A DNA stretch of 64,000 nucleotides from Squalus acanthias (taxonomy: Eukaryota), in contig CM059432.1 of assembly GCA_030390025.1 (NCBI GenBank), positions 90,956,001 to 91,020,000 of the forward strand. The letters are read 5' to 3'. Positions 52,821-64,000 of this stretch are shown here, piece after piece. Position numbers and translations under genes: made by a program. Each line of letters starts with the position of its first letter. Within the stretch, counting starts at the first letter, position 1. Under the pieces are notes generated by a model. The model was not told the origin of the DNA and made no database searches. It saw only the letters and a program-made list of their open reading frames with translations.

Positions 52821-54226
52821 TTCCTTCCCTTCACCCAAAGCATTACCCCTGTTGACCCCCCACCCCACCAATAGCACTGCTCCCAGCTTCACCACCCTCT
52901 TTCCCCAAAAGTGCTGCTTCTGGCTTCTTCTCTTCCGCCCCCCTCCCAAAGTGTTGTTCCTGCCTTCTGCCCTCTCTTTGCCCTTCAACGTACTGTTCCA
53001 GGCTTCACCGATCGCTCACTTCCATCCCCCAAAGTGCTCCTTGTCAATCTCACGAGAATTCCTACCCACAATATATAGTGCCACGATCTACAGTGGCATC
53101 AATAATTTACAGCAGAAGTGACAGGAGTTGAAGAGTAGCATTTGGGGAGTGGTCTGGTCTGCACTGAGTTTCATTTTCAGACAGTGTCCCCAAAACGCTA
53201 ACTATTCATTTGCTTTACTATAAAGCAGTATACTCGCTCTCTCACTCTCTGCAGTAACTATATGAGCAGCCTAATGACTACTGTGTCCTTCTGAGCTCCA
53301 GGAATGGCATTCATTATCACTTGAATACATGTAAATGTTTATTCTTAATGTTTAAGTATAAGATAATTTAGCTGTTTTATGAGAGTAGCTGGTGATTCAT
53401 CCATGCCTGAAGAGAGTCGTTTAAAGCCCCAATTTTGCAAGTGAGGCAATAATGAGCTTCTGCTAGTCTATGCAGTGGCAGATCAGGAGGTAGGCCAATC
53501 CAAATTTTTGAATTGGAGTCCCTGCCCATAATTTCAATAAGCCTTTTTCTCAGCTCAATTTTGAAGTACATTCGGAACTCCGAAATTAATACCTACCCTC
53601 ACCACTTTGTATGGTGCAATTTCAAAGCCAGCAGCCACTGTGAATAATGAAGCTAAGTATATTAGCAAGGGGAAAACCCATCAAAAATGCAAAAATGACG
53701 GACTACCCAGTCAAACTAACTAATGCAAGGAGTAAACTGTAGCAAGAGGGAAATAAAAGTACAAAAACAATTATATCACATGGAACAGAGACTACTATTT
53801 TCCTTTCAGAGACTACTTCATCACTTTCACCTTATTGCCTGCTACTTCCACTTCACTCAGTCAGCCACTGCGCTCCTCCCTTCTGGAACTTCCTGCCTAG
53901 CTGCCTCTACTTAGCCACCTTCTTCCAAGCTTTCAAAAACCTCTCAAAACCCTCCTCTTCAACTGTGCATTTTGTCCTGTACCACAACCATCTCAATTTT
54001 CATTTCTCTTTTGATTGCTGCCCACTGTTTATTTTTCTCCTTAATATAAAGCACTTTAAGACGTCTTGCTGCGCATGAGGAACATTATAGAAATGCAAGT
54101 TAGTATTGTTGCTGCTAACAGTTTGTTAACCTGGTAAAATTAATCATAATACTTAAGACCAAAAAGAGGAAGATAAGTGATCTAGGTAAGACTTCTGTTT
54201 ACTATTGTCTACGTAGGAAACTGAAA

Positions 54227-54940
54227 GGGTGAAAAATTGGGTTGCTTTGCGCCTCCCATTAGCGCCCTAAGAGGGCGCTAATGGGGTGCAAAGCAACTAG
54301 CATCCGGGCACGCACCGCCCACACCTCCCGCGAAATTCAGCGGGAGGTTAGCGGCAGCGCTAACCGGTAGCGCCGCACTGCGCCGCCGGCGATGCGCCGC
54401 CGGCGATGAAGTCATCGCTGTGCGCAGCGCCCCGCTCGCGCCCCGGCCATGATCTTCGGGAGCGCCCCCTGACTTACCGCCGGACGCTATATCCAACGGG
54501 GTCGGGGGCCTACCTGCGGCCGGGGAGGTGCTATTTAAAGGCGAGGTGCAGGGCAGCCATTTTTGTTGCTGGCCACCTGCCTGCGCTCCTGTCTCCGGCC
54601 TCATGAATGCCCCCCCCCCGCCCCCCCCCCCCCCCCCCCCCCCCCGTGGAGTGCCGGCTGCGCTCCAAGAGCCCGGCACTTCTCTTGAGTGCTGGGCTCT
54701 TTTGCCGGCACTCCCAATCCCCGGGGGCCCAGCTGGGCCCCAGGTCGCGCTGCTCAAGGTCCCTCCCAAGGCCTGTGCGCTGCGACTCGTAGCACCTCGA
54801 TATTGACTCGCAGCGCCCCAAGAGGAATGCGGGGCGCTTCCAGTAGCGCCCCACTTCCCTCTTGGGGCGCAACCACTCATTTCCAGCGCGGGGGCGCTAA
54901 TTTTTCGGCGGCGCTAAAAGTAGCGCCCCATTTTTAGCCC
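54227..54940. mobile_element. CpG-rich Harbinger-type MITE sharing its left end with family A
   Basis: TIRs gggtgaaaaattggg / cccatttttagccc with an AAA TSD. Many tagcgcc/ggcgcta motifs and an internal poly-C tract. Confidence 0.85.
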
Positions 54941-55328
54941 AAAATGTTTTAACAATTTTCATATTTCCCAACATACAAAAGCACTGTTCTACTCCTATAA
55001 GGGATAATTGAGAACAGCAGCCTATGTTTGTCTTAATCATTCAACAGTTACACTAGTCAAATCCGCAGAGAAAAGAAAATCTCATGCCCCTCCCTGCAAA
55101 AAATGAAGTGATGATAAATAGTAAGCTAAGAGATGATTTCCATAACCGGCAAGAAACCTGATAGCCTGCAGGAGGCAGTTTTGCTGCCAGTGCTTGTCTA
55201 TAGAGCTGGCAGTAAATCACATTTTCAAAAACATTCTTTCCAGTAGAAACAAATTTTAAGGGAACATAGTCCCCGAAGTGCTTTATTCACAGAAGACAGT
55301 AAACTGTTTCTGTACCTTTTGCATTTAG

Positions 55329-55431
55329 GCATGAACAGGAGAGCCTCATAGCAGAAAAACTTGCAACTATTGAAGACATGCACAACAGATTGAAGGCTAG
55401 TATTCAGTCAATACAGCTGCTGAACCAACAG
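55329..55431 (+). CDS. Host gene coding exon: (E)HEQESLIAEKLATIEDMHNRLKASIQSIQLLNQQ
   Basis: Acceptor 'ccttttgcatttag' and donor 'CAG|gtacag'. The first base completes the GA|G codon of exon 13218-13288, and the exon ends in phase 0. Confidence 0.8.
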
Positions 55432-56175
55432 GTACAGTTACATTGAAATGTCCAACTTAAATATGATAATGGATTGAATATTCAACAATTATTGCTCAAT
55501 TTCTATGTAAAGTTCCCTTAACTCTTTAAGAACTAAAAGTTATATATTTTTTAGCTATAGGATTTAATATCCTGTATAATGTAGGATTTAACAAAGCAGC
55601 TTTGAGATAGTGACTGCCATTTTATTTGTGTGGTATCCACAATTTGCAAATCTGTTAGCATTAACCCAAGTGAACTGGTTTGTAATAAACCTATTTCACA
55701 CTTAAGCATGTAAATGTTCATTTAGTTGATATAAGTAGTGAAGTATTTGTCTATCTGTGGTGTTTGCAAATCCAATGGAGATTACTCAGCAGAGATTCCA
55801 TAAAGCAGGATTCACTAACTGGGCTTCAGCTGTTCTCGAAGACAATGTACTGGAGAGGCGAGCTGGTTGGAAGAACAATTGTCTGCAAACTGTCACTGAG
55901 CAGGTTGATCATCAGGACAACTTAAAGACAAGCATCACAAAAGTACTCAAAGACTTTATAGTGACCAATCATTCTGCACTGAAATAGATGTATAGGCCTC
56001 GTTACGTGACGGCTTTCGCAATGACATGCATTGAGAAGCACAGGAACAGCCAAGTGATAGTTATGTTAGCCACAACTTTGTTTTCAAAAATCACAAGATA
56101 GTCTGAATGAAGATAGGTCCATTTGATCTAATCCTTCCGAATATCCCATGATAGCTTTTATGTCAATCTGAACAA

Positions 56176-56345
56176 GCAGACAGGACCACATTTAACATCT
56201 CATCCAAAAGATGGAATCTTTGACAATCCAGTATTCTTTCAGTACTACACTGGAATGTCAGCTTAGGTCCTGTTGTTAGGCTCTAATTCACAACTTTATA
56301 ACCCAAAATCAAGACTGCTCCCAGCTGTTACCAAAGCTGCTACCA
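56176..56345 (-). mobile_element. Old SINE fragment (Deu-domain-like)
   Basis: 'tttaacatctcatccaaaagatgg..tctttgaca....agtattctttcagtactacactgg' resembles, from recall, the reverse complement of the DeuSINE core. Confidence 0.5.
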
Positions 56346-59300
56346 AATGTTTTTATTTTTATGTTAGATATTTTCTCAGGTTCAGTGTTGCCGGTCATTC
56401 CCGTAAGCAAACCTCGCATATCCTACGATTCGAAATACACTTTTTTCTGCCCAATATCTAGATAAGCAATAGCACAACACTGGAATTATTACAATGTATC
56501 ACTCGACGCCACGTGAATTCTCCTTTATTTACGGATGGTACACTGGAAAAACACTCTTACCAAATCAAAACACAAGCGTTAAACCAACAAATGGTTTTAT
56601 TTACATATCATAGATGAATGATCAGTGCACAATTTTACACAGTGAGATTATGGGAGAAGCTTTCAATTTGGGAATACCTCTTTTATCTCCAAGAAACGAA
56701 CGCTAAAGCTCTGAGAGTCGGGTCATGATATTGCACAGCCGATTTGCGCTCAAAAGTCGTTACCACTTTGAATCGTGGCTTTTAAGCATCCAAAGTGCCT
56801 GCCTGGCCCCAAATAACTAAAAAGGAAAATGGTTTGGGGCACTTTTGCGGAGCGGCCACCAGCGGTCTCTTTAATAACTGCTGTTAAGGCCACTCACCAG
56901 CTAATACAAATGGGTGCAGCGTGCACGGTGCATGCTCCGCCCATTTGTACTTCAAAAATGTAATTGCATCCTACAACGCCATAGGACCCAGATTTACATA
57001 TTTGAACAGGTTCCCACCCAAAACAGGCAGGTGTGCTGTTCGCCAAATTACAAGCCCACCTGAAAATTGTTTCAGTTGGGCCTTCAGCATCCAAGGAGCG
57101 GCAGAGGTGCCCATTCTCTCCTCCCACCCCCGCCCGATATTTAACCACCAGCCACTCATTTTTTCTGGTAAGAAATGGGTGGCCGTCAGTTGAAAATTGC
57201 CCACATTGTATGGAGATGTTATTTTTTAACAGGGTTTAAACAATCTTTAAAAAGCATATTGTCTTGTTCCATTTCAGCATGAGAACAAAACTCCAAGCTG
57301 TGGTAAAAATGGAATAAAGATCTGTACCACTTTCTGATGGATTTGCTCACCAGTTTACTTGTGTCTATCTTCCTTGTAAACCTAGCCCAGAGAGGAAAAT
57401 ATAGCCTTAAATTTTTATTGCTGTCTTGGAAATGTGTACAATATCACACTAGTGATCTATTCATCCATAACTCAAATAATCCTGCATATGGTGGTAAATA
57501 GCTTCCTTCAGTCTGAGAGAATATGAACAATGTCCATAGAGTATATTTTTTATCATAAAGCATCTGTGGAAATCATTTTTTTTAAATGTACATAGAATAT
57601 TGAATATCATAGCGTAACATTCCAAGAACTCTAGAACTACACAGATTTATTTGGTGACAAGCCCTGTATTTATATAAATATGACTCAAAAATGGTTGAAT
57701 GAGTGAAGTGGAAGGAGCAGGCAATAAGGTGTGGTTTCCCAAGAGTTAAGATTCATAAAAGGTTTATTTGAATCCTCAGAACTATTGACAAAAATACACA
57801 TATCTGTTTTGTTTTACTCTCTTTATTTAAAACATCCAATAGCAGAAAAAAAGATGCTACAACTAAAATGCATTTGATCTGCGTTGTAATTTTAAATGCT
57901 GTTTGATATGATCCAACAATGAGGCTGCTTTTAATTTTGTCATAGACCCAAACATTTATATTTAGCCCACATTTTTTTATTCTTTGGGAATGTCTGCCTT
58001 TTGTCTAGAGGTAACAGAACTGGAAGCCTGAGAGAGTGGCTGTTCTATAAAAAGCAATAGGAGGAAGTCATTAGACTGTTGAGGGAATAAGAAGTGAAGG
58101 AGGCAAGTTGTGAAACATTCACATTATAGGTCATCTCAGTAATTATCTGACATCTACAGATGGAGTCACTTCTTAATCAAAAGAATGAATCATTGCAGAT
58201 AGTGATTCAGACTAAGATATTTAAAATAATGACTCCAGTACCCCCAGTGTAAATTCTGCAACTTTGCCTCCAAAGTCTCATCTTAAATAATAATAAATTG
58301 TCTTATTTTATTTTGCAGTAATAATAAATAAAGACCATGACAGTATAAGAAAAATTATGTGTTTAATTTGCATGTGTAACTATGACTGAATTAAATTTAC
58401 TGGTAAAAATATCTAGGTGACATTTATTTTCAGAATCCTCATCAGTTGAAATGAATATTAAAAATAGGTCTTGAATTCTATAGTTCTTTAATATTTTAAA
58501 GATAGCCTTATACTGAACAGTGTTTGAACTATTTCAACCACAATGCTCAGTTTTCATTACAAGGTTATCAAGGTAGAATCATCCATTTTTAAAGAATTCT
58601 ACTTACAGCAGCCATTACAAATTACATCTGTATGTAATTCACAACTCAAAAGCACAATAAAAAATAATTTCCTGACTGCATTTACTACTTTAGTCTCATT
58701 CCTTGTATGCAGGAATGCTTTAATGTATTTTACTACATTTTTTTTCTTGACAGTTTTAAGATTTAAAGCATCTGTGTGCATGGAATGCAAATAAATTGTT
58801 TGGTAAAGTGAACTGTCAAGTTTAAAAAGTCACTATGCTGTCAAGCCACAGTGGTGCAAATTTGAGTCGCTAAGACTTTCTTTACTAAAGGTAGGCATAT
58901 AGGCAACAAAAAGAGAGGCTAGAACTTGTTTACTGTCCAAGACCCCCCCTTCCCAATGTGAAAATAAAGGTGCTTCATTGTTAGCATCATGTCATTTTTC
59001 TAGATATTAATTACTTACATAACCAGAGTAATAGGCACCTACCTTGGATTTTGTTTGATTTAAAAATATTAAACAAAGAAGGTAGTGACAGATTATTCTG
59101 TTACTTAATCTACATTTCAAAAGCAATTCTAAAAACATACATCTTTTAACAACTTCTGTTCATTTTATCCAAATCTATTTAATTGTTACTAAAATGAAGT
59201 GGTTCTCCATGAGAGGGCAAAATAACAAAATAAATATATGCAGCTCTTGTTTGTCTTTATACCACTGAAATTACAAAAAATGCAATTATTCAAGTGGAAA

Positions 59301-60654
59301 AATGGATTTAAATATGGCTTCATTTTGATATAGATTTAAACATATGAAAATTATATTTTTAATTTTATGTTTGAAGTGTCATTTGATTCTGTGAATTTTG
59401 CAGTTTTTAGAATGGACATATTTTTGACAAATAGCCTTCCTAACATTCTGTGAGATATGTGAAAATGTTAATTTTAGATCAAATAATCCTACTTTCTCCA
59501 TTTCATCATTGCCTTGGGAAATGAATAAGAATAACTGGTTCACATATACTCAGTTGCTTTGGGTTTCTTCAAATGATGGAAATCTTCTCAAACCTTGGAA
59601 AATATCTGTCCCCAGACACCATCTACTGGATTTTAAAACTTATTACAGTACTTAAATAACAAACACTCATAGTATTTTATTTTTCCTATTGTTGTATGTT
59701 AGCTCTCTGAGGTATTATCTACACATGGAAATTAATCAAAAAACATGTACCATCGGTGAATAAAACATGCCAAATTCAAGAACTCCAGTTATTTGTGCAA
59801 TCTATACCTTATCTTCAATAATACAATGGTGGGCACACTAACAGTGGATGCAACATGCATTATTATACAGCACCAACATTGTATGTCAAATTTTAAAAAG
59901 CTACAGCCATCTTGAAACTGCTTAGTCAACAAATAGGGTGATTGTTTTTCCCATGCGAGTGGTATTGGTAGTTTCCAGGCATTATATAATATAATTTGCT
60001 TAATATGTATAAAATCTGGCATTGGTATACATCTAAAAGAACTTTATTCAGGACTTTTACACCCTTTGTACGGAAGATTTATGCTATATATACTAATTAC
60101 TCCATCAACAACCCGGTTTGTTCTGCTCTCGAGTGGGCATTAGCTGCTTTACTGCTGTGACATACAGCTTACTCAGTTTGCAACATGTGCAGTGGAACTA
60201 AGTTACATTCAACAACAAGTTGTCTTTAATGTAGCAGAACATCCTAATGTCCTTTACAAAAATGGGGGAGAAAGCAATGAGCAGGAGTAGAAGATTTAAG
60301 GAGGGTAACTGAAAAGAAGATTGAAAAGGTAGATTATAAGAAGGCTGTTGATGCTGGCAAGAGATGTAACAATGTGGAGGAGTTTAGGAAATGTTCAGAC
60401 CTATGAAAGTTCTGCCACCGATGATGGAGTGTAGGGGGATACACAATGAAGTCAGAAGAGTAGAGTGTGAGCTGTGGCATAGGGCTAGAGGACGTTGTAG
60501 AGATAGGATGGAGCAAAGCCATGGAGCAATTTTAAGCAAGGATGAGGATCTTGAAATCAATGTTTTGGGGAATACAGGGCCAATGAAGGTCATCAAGGAC
60601 AGGGCTTATAGGAAAGCAGAACATAGAGCAGAATAGGAAGCAGACAACAGTTCT

Positions 60655-60995
60655 TTGGACAAGATATATGCCAATATATCCTTTCTGAGGCGCAGTGTCT
60701 AAATGAACTGAACACAGTACCCCAGATGGGGTCTGACCAAGGTTCTATACAACTGAAGCATAACTTCCCACCCCCCACTTTGCATTTCAGGCCCCGGAGA
60801 TAAAGGCCAACATTCCAGTAGCCTTTTTGATTACTTTTTGTACATGTCTACTAGCTTTTAATGATTTGTGTACTCTCTTTGGTCCTCTACAGTTCCTAGT
60901 TTCTCGCCATTAGAAAATACTCCAAATTATTGGAGGATGATCTTATGCTTGCTCACATTGAACTACATTTGTCATAGTTCTGCCCACTCACATAA
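60655..60995 (-). mobile_element. CR1 fragment
   Basis: 'cacagtaccccagatggggtctgaccaaggttctatacaactgaagcataac' is the reverse complement of the MLQLYRTLVRPHLGYC motif. Confidence 0.75.
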
Positions 60996-60996
60996 T

Positions 60997-62100
60997 TGCC
61001 AGAATTTAAATCGGGAGGTGGGTTAGGAGCGTGGGAGGCTAGGAAGCGGTCGGGAAACCCGGGAGAACGGGTTTCCTGCAGGCCCTGCTGAATTTAACGG
61101 CAGGGCCTGATTTGCATTTGAAACCTGTTTCCCACCCACAGCCAGCCAGATGGAGAGGCTGGCTGACTGCGGGTGGGTAAGCCTGCCACACTAGGCCACA
61201 GAGAGGAGAGAGGGAGAGATCGTGTGGGCACAGGGGGTGTGATCGGGGAGGGAGGAAGAGAACATCGAGGGCCTGGAGAACGATCGGGGGGGAGGGATAG
61301 AACATCGGGGGCCTGGAGAACGATTGGGGTGGGGGGGAGAGAACATCGAGGGCCTGGAGAACGATCGGGGGGGAGGGATAGAACATCGGGGGCCTGGAGA
61401 ACGATTGGGGTGGGGGGGAGAGAACATCGAGGGCTTGGAGAACGATCGGGGGGGAGGGATAGAACATCAGGGAGCTTGAGGAACGATTGTAGGGGAGGGG
61501 GGAGAGAACATCGAGGGCCTGGAGGACGATTGGGGGGGGGAGAGAGAACATCAGGGAGCTTGAGGAACGATTGTAGGGGAGGGGGGAGAGAACATCGGGG
61601 GCCTGGAGGACGATTGAGGGGAGGGAGAGAACATCAGGGGCTTGGAGAATGATCATGGAAAGGGGGGAGAGAACATCGGTGGCCTGGAGAACGATCGGGG
61701 GGGGGGAAAGGGGAGGCCGGGAAGGTGATCGGAGGCCTTGCGGGGGGAGGGTGGATTGGAGGCCTTGCGGGGGGGGCCTCCGATTGCGGGGGGTGGGTTG
61801 GCAGGGACACTGGATCCAGCAGTCTTCGCCTTCCATTAGCTGTTGAGTTTCCCGAGGCCTGCGAAACCTGACCCCAGCCACAGTCAAATTTGAAATGGTG
61901 GTGAGACCTGAGGCACACCAGCCTCATTATAATAGTTAATGGGCGACCCGCCTCCTGGGAGCGGGTTGGCTGCCCACCCTCCGTCCCGTCTCCATTAAAA
62001 CCAGAAGTGGGTGGGTAGAAGGCGGGTTCGGGTCAGGGTTCAGTTTTTTAACTTCCCACCCGACCCCAACCCACCCGTTTGTTGGGGTTAAAATCTCCCC
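60997..62100. mobile_element. GC-rich MITE-like element containing an expanded minisatellite
   Basis: Right end 'gttaaaatctcccc'. Subterminal 'gggtggg/cccaccc' repeats as in 29281-29893. Confidence 0.55.
61240..61706. repeat. G-rich minisatellite, ~39-41 bp unit, ~11 copies, with a dimeric higher-order pattern
   Basis: Unit 'gagagaacatcgagggcctggagaacgat(c/t)ggggggg'. It accounts for the repetitive ORFs 61039-61887 and 61173-61652. Confidence 0.9.
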
Positions 62101-62323
62101 AATCAGTTTATGTCCCATTGCAACTTCCCACTCCCACCAGCACTACTTACTTACTGTTCCTCCTAACTTAGGATGCAGAATTTCTGGTGGGAGTCAAACA
62201 GGACAGCTTTGATCTTTCCAATGTTAAGTTGGAGAAAGGTGAATGAACTGCTAGATTTTTCTCTGTGTATATAACATGAAATAGAGCAGGTAGAGAATGA
62301 GATGACCAACAATGTGATATAAT

Positions 62324-63086
62324 GGGCCAGAAATTCGGCTTTCCGGCTTCCTGCGGGTGCAAGCATCACGCGCGTACTTGCCCACCGCGCCTGCAGTTGT
62401 GCTTTGGGCCCACGAGGACTTCGGGTCCTGGGCCTCCTCCAGCTGCCGGCGCGCAGTGCTTGTGTATCCCAGGGGCGCAGTTAGTTCGAAGCGTCCCCTG
62501 GGATCACGTGGGCCATGGAGAGCCAATCCTAGCAGGGCATTTTCATTCATAGATTTGACAGGAAGACCTGTCAAATCTATGAATAGAGATCGGCCCCAAA
62601 ACCACACTTAAACTTCAAATAAATTGAAAAAAAAACATCACATTTTTAAAATAACTAAGTTAAATAAATTAACTACTTTAAACAAAAATTTAAATTTTTG
62701 AAAAAATTATTTATACTTTTTAACGGTGCTAAAAATAAACTTACCTTTCTTTAAAGTATCTAAAAAAGATAAACCTGTTGAAAAAATGTTTAAATTGTAA
62801 TTAATTAACCACTTACCTTGTTAAAAACAGGCCTTGCGCCTCCTTTTTAAAAGTGCAGCTTCTTCATACTTACCTTCCTGGAGAAAACTGAAAAAAACAT
62901 CGAAGTTCGCTGCGTGCGCGCAGCCTCTCCCGCGCACGCGTTCGACTTCTGAACCCCTCCCTTCAGGGGAACGGAAGTTCCGGTTTCCCGTGCATGCGCA
63001 GTGCATGCAGGAAACCGGCACTTCAGGTGGTCTTACGGGTGAGTACACAGCGCGTACTCACCCAACAACAGCCGAATTTCTGGCCC
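62324..63086. mobile_element. Complete Harbinger-like MITE
   Basis: Perfect 17-bp TIR gggccagaaattcggct / agccgaatttctggccc with AT-rich flanks. Confidence 0.88.
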
Positions 63087-63484
63087 ATTAATAAGTATCT
63101 CTCCATGTTAGGTTGACTTGACAACATAAAATGTAGCATGGTTATCCTCAAAAGTGGAAATATTTATTGTATCACAGTTTTGATCATGATACAGTTTTTT
63201 TCTAAAGTAAATAAATATCGAGTAAAATTTCAAGTGAAAATAATCAACTTACCAACAATGTTTTAGGTGCTTTCTGATGTCACTTTATCACTATTCCGTT
63301 CTTACCATTGGAAATATGATATTACTGTATGTACCATTGCTATTTGTGTACAAATGTTACATTTATTTATTTGTTTATTTATATATATATTTACAGGGTT
63401 ATAATTCTCTTACACTACTTGTGCATAAACACAAATAAAAAAGCTCAATTTACTATGTATACCTTTTTTGTTGAATTGTAACAG

Positions 63485-63946
63485 TTAAATACACTCAACA
63501 GAGAAAACCTAAAACAAAAAAGACAACTGGAAAAAGAACAGACCCACCGTCATCAGCTTGAACTGCAGTCAGAAACCTTTGGTCAGACCATCCTATCTCT
63601 TAGGACCCAACTGAAGGATCAAAGAGACCTGGAGCATCTATCTAGTCAGCCAGTATCTTTACTTGAAGGGGCTATGGCTTCTGATCCAACAACCCTTTTA
63701 AACTGCTACTTCGGACTCAAACAAAAGTCAGTCAGAGTTTCCGAAAAGGAGAGAGTTGAAGATTTAACCAGCGAAGATCTAGAAAAATCAGAGATAACTG
63801 ATCCAGTGGTACCAGACAAATCTTACTGGATCCAGCGAGTTGGAGAGCTTTCTGCTCAGCTGCAAGAAAGCACTGAATACTGGACAGACAAAATGAATGA
63901 ACTAACCAAGGAAATTGAGCATGTTAATTCACCTTCCAAAAAATAA
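63485..63946 (+). CDS. Host gene last coding exon: LNTLNRENLKQKRQLEKEQTHRHQLELQ...SYWIQRVGELSAQLQESTEYWTDKMNELTKEIEHVNSPSKK*
   Basis: Acceptor 'ttttttgttgaattgtaacag' in phase 0, matching the previous exon. 153 open codons run to TAA, in frame with listed ORF 63674-63946. Coiled-coil composition and no TE similarity. Confidence 0.85.
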   Translation, partial: LNTLNRENLKQKRQLEKEQTHRHQLELQSETFGQTILSLRTQLKDQRDLEHLSSQPVSLLEGAMASDPTTLLNCYFGLKQKSVRVSEKERVEDLTSEDLEKSEITDPVVPDKSYWIQRVGELSAQLQESTEYWTDKMNELTKEIEHVNSPSKK

Positions 63947-64000
63947 TGGGTTCTGAATTAGTAAGTTCAGAAAACACTTGAGAAAAGAATTAAAGGTCAC

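Noticed and set aside
54278..54880. 200-aa glycine-rich ORF
   Set aside because: It is a stop-poor GC-rich MITE with a poly-C tract.
61039..61887. 282-aa proline-rich protein
   Set aside because: It is an open frame produced by the minisatellite and has no splice or gene context.

Overview
This is eukaryotic vertebrate DNA. The repeat families suggest a cartilaginous fish (shark-like), which is an inference. The window holds the 3' part of a + strand host gene encoding a coiled-coil protein, with four phase-compatible coding exons (12708-12801, 13218-13288, 55329-55431, 63485-63946 with stop). Its introns, especially a ~42 kb one, are packed with nested transposable elements: CR1 and L2 LINE fragments, a further CR1/L2-group LINE, a tRNA-derived SINE, a Penelope-like GIY-YIG element with a hammerhead-like motif, and an ancient LTR/retroviral integrase relic. 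There is also a dense set of PIF/Harbinger DNA transposons (convergent DDE transposase plus a spliced Myb/SANT gene) and their deletion derivatives or MITEs. Five observations stand out. (1) A LINE whose 5' end is a tRNA-derived SINE head joined almost directly to ORF2 lies next to a free SINE with the same head. (2) A Harbinger MITE family keeps only the two promoter ends and first codons of both genes, fused head-to-head. (3) A Penelope-derived hairpin was captured and amplified inside a Harbinger derivative. (4) A MITE-internal hairpin keeps its pairing while its sequence changes. (5) One Harbinger derivative carries a tandem double Myb/SANT domain. Most ORFs in the supplied track are fragments or antisense frames of these elements. 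Element boundaries were read by eye and are approximate unless a TIR or TSD is quoted.
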